Source: Candidatus Borrarchaeum weybense
GTDB taxonomy: Archaea; Asgardarchaeota; Sifarchaeia; Borrarchaeales; Borrarchaeaceae
NCBI GenBank assembly: GCA_019057385.1
Contig: JAHQJS010000004.1
Coordinates: 805,062-869,061, forward strand
Direction of reading: 5' to 3'
DNA length: 64,000 bases
Part shown: positions 29,343 through 37,462 of the stretch, piece by piece
How the letters are laid out: each line of letters begins with the position of its first letter
How positions within the stretch are numbered: the first letter of the stretch is position 1
Notes under the pieces: generated by a model
What the model saw: the letters and a program-made list of their open reading frames with translations, nothing else
The model's database searches: none
What the model was told of the DNA's origin: nothing
Translations under genes and position numbers: made by a program

Positions 29343-29954
29343 GTGAAACCTGAAATGCAACAAACTATGGTTGTAAGAGATAAGGAAGTTCTGAAATCAC
29401 TTATATCACCGATCCGATCGAAGATCTTACAACTTCTTATCAACGAAGAACTTGCAGTTCAACAATTGGCAAATAAGTTAGAAACATCTGCCGGCTCAGC
29501 ATATTATCATGTAAAAGGTTTACAGGACGCTGGACTCGTTGAAGAAACGCGTACAGAAATGGAAAAGAATATCATGATGCGGTTTTACCGTGCGGTAGCG
29601 AGGCAGTTCAAGGTTGATTTTAGTATAATTACTGACGAGGCTGATGAAGAGGTTACCAAATGGGTCAAGAGCCGTGTAGAAAGCATAATTACTGGTTTGC
29701 AAGCGTATAATATTGTAATCCCAAAAGAAAAATTTCCTGATGCTGTAAAGTATTTAACAGAGTTAGTTAACCTCGAAAACAAGATAAAGGAAGAGATCTC
29801 ACCTACGAGTCCTGAACTATTGAATAATATTGCACCCTCCATACGTGAAGATATTTCTTCCCTCATGGAAATGTATCATCAAAATCAAGACAATGATTTA
29901 ATCAATGCGCGAGAAAAACTGATCTCTTTTCTAAGGAAATATGAAAAAACCTGA
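29343..29954 (+). CDS. ArsR-family transcription regulator (copy 1)
   Basis: RSKILQLL...YYHVKGLQDAGLVE...FYRAVA. Confidence 0.88.
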   Translation: MKPEMQQTMVVRDKEVLKSLISPIRSKILQLLINEELAVQQLANKLETSAGSAYYHVKGLQDAGLVEETRTEMEKNIMMRFYRAVARQFKVDFSIITDEADEEVTKWVKSRVESIITGLQAYNIVIPKEKFPDAVKYLTELVNLENKIKEEISPTSPELLNNIAPSIREDISSLMEMYHQNQDNDLINAREKLISFLRKYEKT

Positions 29955-30219
29955 AAGATTTCAGCACTGTTTTTACCGAAAACTAGATTTTTTATCTTTT
30001 TTTCATAAAAAGATTTTTATATATTGATGTTCATTGTACGTTTGATTTATTTCAAACGTATGAATTATTTATAAATAATTAAAAAAAATGGAGATTAAAA
30101 GATTAGTGAGAAGACAGCATTAGAAAGGATTAAGACAGTGTACTAGCGTGCAAACACTTTTTTTGAAAATCGAATGTAAACAAATCTTACTAGAAGACTT
30201 CATGGAGGTTATTGATGAT

Positions 30220-31059
30220 ATGGCAACGACCTCAATAACAGAGTTGCTAAAAGAAGGCTTTAGAATTTGGAAACAAGGATGGTTAAGCTTCATTCTGTCA
30301 GAGATTTTGTTGTTTTTTGCTTTGGCAATCTTATTAGTTCCCACGATGGCTACAGCGAATTATCTTGGAATCGTGAGAGAAACTTCGCCAGCCTTCTTAA
30401 ACCCAATATTAGTTTCAATAATGGCAATAATCGGTATAACCTTCAATAGCGTCGTTATGGGAAGTTTCTGTGGACTGGGAAAAGAACTAATTGAATTCGA
30501 AGATACTAGGGCAGAAAACGCGCTCTATTATTTAAAAAAACAAGGCTTAAGTTTTATAGGAGTTGGTCTCGTAATCGCAATCCTAATCGTTGTCCCATTG
30601 ACACTGATACGCCTCTTCTTGGGTGTAGGCACAAACTTTGAACTTTTAAGAGGTCTTACTATTATCGTTTTTATAATTATATTTTTCCTACTAGCTCCAT
30701 TTGTTATCTCAATACCTGCTGCTGTCATTGATGAGTCAAATGCTATTGAATCAATTAAAACAAGCTTAAATTTCTTACGAGAAGATCCAAAAATGGTCTT
30801 GGGAGTGCTTGGATTTTTTACTATACTATACTTCTTACTTCTTAGCCCAACCTTGGCATTAACGACCAGAAACGCTATTTTGACACATAGATTCATACCT
30901 GTATTCACTCCAGCTATTCTAGCAGTGATAGCCTTCGTTTGTTTCCTTTTTGTGCTGTTCCCGATGATGTCAATCACCTTCACAAAGCTTTACTACAATT
31001 GCAGAATCCCAAAGAAGAAACAGGTTTCAGAAGAGGAGTCACCAATTAGTCTGTTCTAA
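30220..31059 (+). CDS. Integral membrane protein (copy 2)
   Basis: Paralogue of 28430..29299; ATG 30220 after GGAGGT. Confidence 0.8.
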   Translation: MATTSITELLKEGFRIWKQGWLSFILSEILLFFALAILLVPTMATANYLGIVRETSPAFLNPILVSIMAIIGITFNSVVMGSFCGLGKELIEFEDTRAENALYYLKKQGLSFIGVGLVIAILIVVPLTLIRLFLGVGTNFELLRGLTIIVFIIIFFLLAPFVISIPAAVIDESNAIESIKTSLNFLREDPKMVLGVLGFFTILYFLLLSPTLALTTRNAILTHRFIPVFTPAILAVIAFVCFLFVLFPMMSITFTKLYYNCRIPKKKQVSEEESPISLF

Positions 31060-31084
31060 AAAAGTTCGTAGGAGTAGAAACAAG

Positions 31085-31708
31085 TTGAAACAACTTATGG
31101 TTTTGAGAAATATAGAAGTTTTGAAAGCACTCCTCTCTAGCTGGAGATCGAAAATACTGCAGCTTCTTATTGTCCAAGAATATACGGTGCAACAATTGAC
31201 AAAAATGTTGATAGAGATGACAGGAGAGAAGATTAACCCTGGTACGGTATACCATCATATAAAAGTCTTGCAGGAGGCAGGACTAGTTGAAGAAACACGC
31301 CAAGAAATTGAAAAAAATATAGTTATGAAGTTTTACCGCGCCGTAGCCAGAGATTTTAGAGTTGATTTTAGTGTATTAACAGGCAAAGATGAGACTCATA
31401 GAGATGTTACTCAATGGCTTGAAAGCCGTGTAACAGGTTTAATAGACACGTTAAAAGCTTATAATATCAATATTGATCCTGAAAATTACGTCGAAGCAGC
31501 AGAGCATATAAAAGAATTCATCAACCTTGAAAATAAACTAAAAGAAGAGATTTCATCAAAAAATCCTGAACTCTTAAAAAATAAAGATCCTTCGATAATA
31601 AAAGACGCCTTCTCGCTCATGACCCTTTATCTCCTAAACCAAAATGAAGAATACGTTATGTTACGAGAAAAATTGTTAGATTTCCTAAAAATGCATGAAA
31701 GTTCATGA
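31085..31708 (+). CDS. ArsR-family transcription regulator (copy 2)
   Basis: RSKILQLL...YHHIKVLQEAGLVE...FYRAVA. Confidence 0.88.
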   Translation: MKQLMVLRNIEVLKALLSSWRSKILQLLIVQEYTVQQLTKMLIEMTGEKINPGTVYHHIKVLQEAGLVEETRQEIEKNIVMKFYRAVARDFRVDFSVLTGKDETHRDVTQWLESRVTGLIDTLKAYNINIDPENYVEAAEHIKEFINLENKLKEEISSKNPELLKNKDPSIIKDAFSLMTLYLLNQNEEYVMLREKLLDFLKMHESS

Positions 31709-31789
31709 AGTAAAAAGGTGTTGGATTAGAAAGATTTATTTGCTAATAAATATCTTTCAAAAACTCCACTCCAAAAGAGGTAGAAAAAG

Positions 31790-32506
31790 TTGAATAAAGA
31801 AAATTCGACGATGGTAAAGACAATCAACCTTCACAAAACATACGTCTCAGGTTCACTTGCCGTACAGGCGGTTCGTGGCATAGATTTAGAAGTTAAAAAA
31901 GGCGAATTTATAGCAATCATGGGTCCTAGTGGCTCGGGAAAATCGACTTTGATAAACTGTTTAGCCGCTATAGACACGCCAACAATGGGAGACATTTTCA
32001 TTGAAGGGCGAAATATCGCCGCACTTAGTGACGATGAATTAGCTGAGATCCGTTTACGTAAAATTGGCCTTGTTTTTCAGACATTTCAGTTATTTGAATT
32101 ATTGACCGCATTAGAAAACGTAGAAATGCCTATGACTTTCCTGAAGATGCCCAAAAAGAAAAGACAAGAGCGAGCTTTAGAATTATTACGAATGGTAGGT
32201 CTTAAAGCCCGTGCAAAACATCTACCCTCCGAATTGAGTGGAGGAGAGCAACAACGAATTGCTGTTGCCAGAGCTCTTGCAAACGATCCACCGATTCTCT
32301 TCTTGGATGAGCCAACTGGTGATCTTGACTCCAAAAATGGGCAGATGGTCATGGAACTACTCGCCTCGATTCATGACAAGGGTGAAACATTAGTTATGGT
32401 CACTCACGACCCCGAAATGGCCACCTATGCAGATCGTGTAATTAATATGCTCGATGGAAAAGTTCTAAATGAAGAAATCAATAACAAGACCAAAAAAACT
32501 AACTAG
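31790..32506 (+). CDS. LolD/MacB-type ABC ATPase
   Basis: [29 protein letters not shown]. Confidence 0.93.
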   Translation: MNKENSTMVKTINLHKTYVSGSLAVQAVRGIDLEVKKGEFIAIMGPSGSGKSTLINCLAAIDTPTMGDIFIEGRNIAALSDDELAEIRLRKIGLVFQTFQLFELLTALENVEMPMTFLKMPKKKRQERALELLRMVGLKARAKHLPSELSGGEQQRIAVARALANDPPILFLDEPTGDLDSKNGQMVMELLASIHDKGETLVMVTHDPEMATYADRVINMLDGKVLNEEINNKTKKTN

Positions 32507-32521
32507 TAAGAGGATATAACA

Positions 32522-35410
32522 ATGAGTTATTTGCGATACTTGTTCACTGGAATGCGTCGTAAAAAAGCCCGTACTATTCTGGGTATATTAGGTATTATTG
32601 TCTCAGTTGCGTTGCTTACAGGTATGAATGCGACAGTTGATTCATACAGTTATTCTTACATTGACCAGGCTGAACAAAACGAAGGCATTATCGACTTTAT
32701 GATTACTCGAAACACGTATGACAAAGTAAATCCGGGTTTCGAGGACGCTATATTCCTAGAAGCAAAGCCACGTTCACTTGCGGAAAGTGTGGATGGCGTT
32801 CAGGGTGTTTCACCTCGCCTTAGGGCACTCGTAGAGGTTGAAGTAATTAAGAAAGGTACAGAACAATTAGAAATCGACCTTGAACTGATCGGTATGGATT
32901 TTGATAGAGAACAAGAACTTGGAATTGGACAAATTCGCATAATTGAGGGTGAGTTCGACCTGGTAGGCAAAAAGGTGTTTATACAGCGAAGAACAGCTGA
33001 TCTTCTAAGTGTAGAAGTCGGGGATAAAATTAGATTTAATCCAGTGGAGTGGAACAAAGATGCTGGCGGCCGAAAAGGGCAATTTTTTGAAGTCAGTGCA
33101 ATCATCGAAGATGAAAATCGTTTGGCAGATTCTGATAATAATGCAATGATATGCGGATTATGGAGTGCGAGAGATCTATTAAGATCTTCAAAATACGTTA
33201 CTGAATTAGTAGGTGTTTTTGAAAACAGAGATTTCCTATACGATATTCGTGAAATTGACGCGACAGTTTCAAGGATTGTAAAATTGGGAACACGAATACA
33301 AGACGCAGTGGGTATTGAATACAACGTGGAATTACCGATTACTGAAGAATTGCAGCAGCTCGATCAACAAGGGGTCTTTATTAGAATCATCCTTGGAATG
33401 GTAGCAGTAATCTCACTGGTCATTTCTTGTGTGCTAATGTACAGTCTTTTAACAATCTCGGTTGAAGAGAAGACGCATGATTTTGGTCTATTTATGGCTA
33501 TCGGAGCAAAGAAGAAGCACATATATCGACTTGTCATATTGGAAGCGGTGATAATAGCTGTTTTAGGTACAGTTGTCGGAGTCGTTCTTGGATTTCTGTT
33601 GAGTTTAGGACTTCTCTATCTATTAACGGCGGGAGGTCTTCAATTTCTGGTAGGATCTGTAACATTGCAGATTATTGTCACACCCACGACCATAGCAATG
33701 AGTATAGTCGCAGGAATTGCAGTAGGTCTAATTAGTTCCATTTATCCCGCGATGAAAGTCACTCGGGTTAACATTGTCGATTCCCTTACGCCTATGCGGG
33801 GAACCCCTACCTATCAACGTGTAGTAAGAGAGAGGGGCGTCAGTTCGAAGTTAATTACATATGGGTTTATTATTTCAGGTGTCTCGGGATTTGTTTTCTT
33901 CATATTTCCTACAGCTTTTATTACTATGGATCTGTCTGTGATCGGTACATTATTCCTTGGAATGATGCTTGCCTTGCTATTAGGATTTGACCTGATTGGC
34001 CTTGGTGGCTTAGTTCCAAGCGTAGAAAAGTTACTTGTACGAATAATTCGCCCGTTTACCCGCCGAATTAATGACGTTGTCGCAATGTATCTTAAAAAAC
34101 ACCGCAGAAGAAATACATTAACCGCTATTATGTACAGTGTTTCAATTGCATTCATTTTATTCCTTTCAACGATGCTAACGGTACAGACACTGTACAATAT
34201 AGATGCTGTACGAGCTGAAGTTGGAACGGATTTAGCTCTTGTCTCAACCACAAGTTCAGTGCGAGGTGCAGGATTTGGCGGAGGATTTGGACCCGGTACT
34301 ACAAGCGATATTCCAATCTGGATAAACGATACAGATCTTGTCCCTAAGATTAAAGAGATAAACGGTGTAGTAGCTATTACGCGAGTAAGTCCAGAAAATC
34401 ATCCAAATGGGTCTTCAACGGTTAGAATGGGTGACCTGATAATGTTTGAAGATGTAAGCGCTAGCGTATATGCAGTAGATGCTGATTTCCCTAACGTCAC
34501 GTTCTTTGATATTGCCAGATTTACAGAAGGGGACGTTCAAGCTTTTAAGACAATTAATGAGGTGGAAAATACTACAATTATCTCCGAGGGTGCAGCAAAA
34601 AGACTTCAGGTTCATGTTGGAGACAAAGTCCGCATTCAATCCACTAGAAATCTAGCTACAGGAAGAGAAGTTTTAACTACTGAGCTTACTGTTGTTGCGC
34701 TTGCTAGTGATATGCCTGCCTTCTCGGGCTTTCAAGAGAGAGAGTCAGGTTTTAGTGACGTTTTGGTATCTCAAACTACTTACGCTTTGATCTTTAACCT
34801 CTATGAGGAACAAGATATCGATAGAACCCATAGCGGGGAACTAGAAGACTATGTCGAACCAGTCGATAGACTATTAATACAAACGACTACTTCTGAGGCT
34901 TCAAGAAGTGTCGCTCTTAACCTTAGACGATCTTATTCAGCAAGGGAAGGATTAAACGTCATAGTCGTTGTGGAAGAAATAGAAGAGGTGCAACGAAGTC
35001 TTCTTACTCTCCAATTGTTCTTTACGATAGCACTAGGATTTGGTATGGTTATTGCTCTATTTGGCCTCACAGCTAGTTGCTATACGACCATCCAAGAATC
35101 AATAAGGGAGATAGGAATCATGAAAAGTGTAGGACTTAAACGCAAACACATAACAAACATTTTTATGTTTGAGTCCATAATCCTGACGATGGCAGCTGGC
35201 CTATCAGGTACTTTTGTAGGATATTTCACAGGACTTTCGTTAATTGCACAACAGTCCATATTCACTGAACAACCGTTGCCGCTGTATATCCCTTGGCTGG
35301 AACTAGGATTAGTGATCGTTGCATCAATTATAATAGGTGCTATTGGAGCATGGATTCCATCTCGTATAATCTCGAAGAAAAATACTGCTGAAATTCTTAG
35401 AATGCGGTAA
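32522..35410 (+). CDS. FtsX/MacB-type ABC permease (duplicated domains)
   Basis: RRKKARTILG, EEKTHDFGLFMAIGA, ESIREIGIMKSVG, AEILR. Confidence 0.9.
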   Translation: MSYLRYLFTGMRRKKARTILGILGIIVSVALLTGMNATVDSYSYSYIDQAEQNEGIIDFMITRNTYDKVNPGFEDAIFLEAKPRSLAESVDGVQGVSPRLRALVEVEVIKKGTEQLEIDLELIGMDFDREQELGIGQIRIIEGEFDLVGKKVFIQRRTADLLSVEVGDKIRFNPVEWNKDAGGRKGQFFEVSAIIEDENRLADSDNNAMICGLWSARDLLRSSKYVTELVGVFENRDFLYDIREIDATVSRIVKLGTRIQDAVGIEYNVELPITEELQQLDQQGVFIRIILGMVAVISLVISCVLMYSLLTISVEEKTHDFGLFMAIGAKKKHIYRLVILEAVIIAVLGTVVGVVLGFLLSLGLLYLLTAGGLQFLVGSVTLQIIVTPTTIAMSIVAGIAVGLISSIYPAMKVTRVNIVDSLTPMRGTPTYQRVVRERGVSSKLITYGFIISGVSGFVFFIFPTAFITMDLSVIGTLFLGMMLALLLGFDLIGLGGLVPSVEKLLVRIIRPFTRRINDVVAMYLKKHRRRNTLTAIMYSVSIAFILFLSTMLTVQTLYNIDAVRAEVGTDLALVSTTSSVRGAGFGGGFGPGTTSDIPIWINDTDLVPKIKEINGVVAITRVSPENHPNGSSTVRMGDLIMFEDVSASVYAVDADFPNVTFFDIARFTEGDVQAFKTINEVENTTIISEGAAKRLQVHVGDKVRIQSTRNLATGREVLTTELTVVALASDMPAFSGFQERESGFSDVLVSQTTYALIFNLYEEQDIDRTHSGELEDYVEPVDRLLIQTTTSEASRSVALNLRRSYSAREGLNVIVVVEEIEEVQRSLLTLQLFFTIALGFGMVIALFGLTASCYTTIQESIREIGIMKSVGLKRKHITNIFMFESIILTMAAGLSGTFVGYFTGLSLIAQQSIFTEQPLPLYIPWLELGLVIVASIIIGAIGAWIPSRIISKKNTAEILRMR

Positions 35411-35436
35411 CTTTCTTTACTTTTTTTTATTCTAAT

Positions 35437-35505
35437 TAGTTTTTTTCCATATTATAGATTTGTCTCTCTCTAGTTTTTTTCCATATTATAGATTTGTCTC
35501 TCTCT
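35437..35505. repeat. Perfect 34-bp tandem duplication
   Basis: TAGTTTTTTTCCATATTATAGATTTGTCTCTCTC x2. Confidence 0.9.
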
Positions 35506-35796
35506 TTGTACCAAGTATTGGAATTATATGCTATACATGATCTTATTGAATTTTGAGAATTGAAGAATGACGCACAACTTATCATAAACATGTAATAATG
35601 ATAGAAACAGTAACATATAATAGTCACGAGTTAATAAAATTAACATTATTGTAATTGCTGTTGCTCGAAGTGTACCTATAGTAAATCTAAAAATCAGATG
35701 AAGGTTATATATAACAGAAAACAGTAGTTGCCTTTTTCAATGTATTGAAAAAGAAGAATTGATAAAATTAGTAGTTGACTAAGGATATAGACTGAA

Positions 35797-36489
35797 ATGA
35801 CTCGTGGGATTATCTTTACACACTCTGAATTGAAAGGAAACCTAAAGCCGTTATACATTTACCCCTCGACATTAGAGGAGAATCTAATTCATAAAATAAT
35901 TATAAAATCATCAACGCTGGTTTTAACGACATTAGATCTTTCCATAGATTATGAAGGGGCATCAATACTTCAATTTCCTGAACTTACAGTCCTCGTTTAC
36001 TATTTCCTGCACCCACATGAAGAAAATGGAACAAAAAGTCAGATACCCACAACTATTTCCGTTTTTGTTGAATCAGAGTTCGAATGGTTTTTCTTTAAAG
36101 AGGTCGAACCTTTAGTTCAACGAATTAAAAGCTTAGTTCAACGAATTAGAAATACAGGTCAAATAATGGAAGAGGAATTCAAAGAACTATACAACTTTCT
36201 TGATTCGGTTTTGCAGACAGACGAAATGAATGAAAATAAGCAGACCATTCAAACACAAGCAATTATGAAACCTGTTTATATATCTGATCAACAAGGATTT
36301 CTCGACTATTACCCATTTATTAATTTGGATTTAAGAGAGGAGATTGTTTCGCGACTTATTGAGGGTGATTCTTCTTTAGATGAACTTTCAAAAGACCTCA
36401 AAACGTCCTCTTTTGAAGTGTTTCCACTATTGCAGCGCCTTCTTCGTTACAAACTAATTTCATTGCAAAATAGTGCTATTAGTGACTGA
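35797..36489 (+). CDS. uDENN/longin-like domain plus C-terminal winged-HTH protein
   Basis: GIIFTHSELKGNLKPLYIYP...SILQFP..VLVYYF...TISVFV; C-terminal SLDELSKDL...LQRLLRYKLI. Confidence 0.55.
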   Translation: MTRGIIFTHSELKGNLKPLYIYPSTLEENLIHKIIIKSSTLVLTTLDLSIDYEGASILQFPELTVLVYYFLHPHEENGTKSQIPTTISVFVESEFEWFFFKEVEPLVQRIKSLVQRIRNTGQIMEEEFKELYNFLDSVLQTDEMNENKQTIQTQAIMKPVYISDQQGFLDYYPFINLDLREEIVSRLIEGDSSLDELSKDLKTSSFEVFPLLQRLLRYKLISLQNSAISD

Positions 36490-36517
36490 TTTTTGCTAGG
36501 TGCGTCTTTAACTTTAT

Positions 36518-36553
36518 CGGCAGGATGCTCCATCCGTAAGAGAGGTAGTTCAC
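36518..36553 (+). mobile_element. Degenerate IS200/IS605 palindromic mini-element
   Basis: TTAT|CGGCAGGATGCTCCATCCGTAAGAGAGGTAGTTCAC. Confidence 0.6.
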
Positions 36554-36611
36554 CGAGATGTTAAAAATTAAAGAAGGAATAAAAAAGAGTAATAGGGCTA
36601 TGGATGGAATT

Positions 36612-36953
36612 TTATTCAAGATATGGAATTAAACAGACGAATTTGAGCCCTTTTTCACCAGCTTTGAAATTGTGTTTCTCGTTCCCTGGAACCCAGACGA
36701 TGTCCCAAGGTTTTAGTGTTTTTTCAGTCCCGTCAGGAAACGTAACGGTACCATCGCCTTCTAAAATAAATACTTCGTGCTCCCAACTATGGTCATGAAA
36801 TGGCGAATGGCCCCCAGGTTCCAATTCAAATAATCGCATCGCAAAATTCTCTGCACCGTCTTTTTCTTTCGTGATTAGCCAGCGTACGTATGTATCTTTT
36901 GCACCTGCTTCTGCCTTTTCTTTTGTAACATCAGTCCAGTGGAATAATTTCAT
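36612..36953 (-). CDS. Cupin domain protein
   Basis: FAMRLFELEPGGHSPFHDHSWEHEVFILEG...PGNEKH. Confidence 0.92.
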   Translation of the reverse strand: MKLFHWTDVTKEKAEAGAKDTYVRWLITKEKDGAENFAMRLFELEPGGHSPFHDHSWEHEVFILEGDGTVTFPDGTEKTLKPWDIVWVPGNEKHNFKAGEKGLKFVCLIPYLE

Positions 36954-37015
36954 TCAATACCCTCCATAAGTATTTCACGTGTCCTTAGTATCAGAAATTT
37001 TCTTTTTAACTTTAT

Positions 37016-37054
37016 CGGCGGGAAATCCCCTTCCGACAGCTGGAGGTAGTTCAC
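37016..37054 (+). mobile_element. Degenerate IS200/IS605 palindromic mini-element
   Basis: TTAT|CGGCGGGAAATCCCCTTCCGACAGCTGGAGGTAGTTCAC. Confidence 0.65.
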
Positions 37055-37144
37055 TCTTGTTGTTTCGAATTGAAAGAACAATTTACTGAAGCAATTCAAA
37101 GGCAGTTTTCGAAATTCATTCACTTTTCATTCAATTTGGTTTGA

Positions 37145-37231
37145 GTATTACTGATTTATCATTGCGTAATATCCAACGTGTCTGTAGATGTAACTACCTT
37201 AAGTATTACGCAATCTTATAATCCGTAATAT
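37145..37231. promoter_or_regulatory. Two dyad operators GTATTA-N16/17-TAATAT (NikR-like geometry)
   Basis: 37145-37172 (N16) and 37203-37231 (N17). Confidence 0.5.
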
Positions 37232-37316
37232 TGAAAAGTGGCGTTTTACAAAACTTTTTAAAGAAAAAGCGCTTTATAGATACAAACAATAAATTATAGT
37301 TTTTTTGGTGACTATT

Positions 37317-37373
37317 ATGAAAAAGATCAGAAAGAAAACAGCAACTGCTTGCAAATGCGGAGCAAGCTGCTAA
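37317..37373 (+). CDS. 18-aa Cys-rich micropeptide MKKIRKKTATACKCGASC
   Basis: TTTATA box at 37273, GGTGA RBS at 37307, ATG...TAA, T-tract at 37411-37426; below the ORF-track cutoff. Confidence 0.6.
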   Translation: MKKIRKKTATACKCGASC

Positions 37374-37462
37374 AATCTAAAACAATAATACATGTGAAAA
37401 ATTCACCAATTTCTTTTTTATTTTTCTAAATTTCGAGGAAAAACAAGAGTTTTTGATGCAAA

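Noticed and set aside
35437-35505. CRISPR-like repeat
   Set aside because: Two adjacent copies with no spacer and no cas genes.
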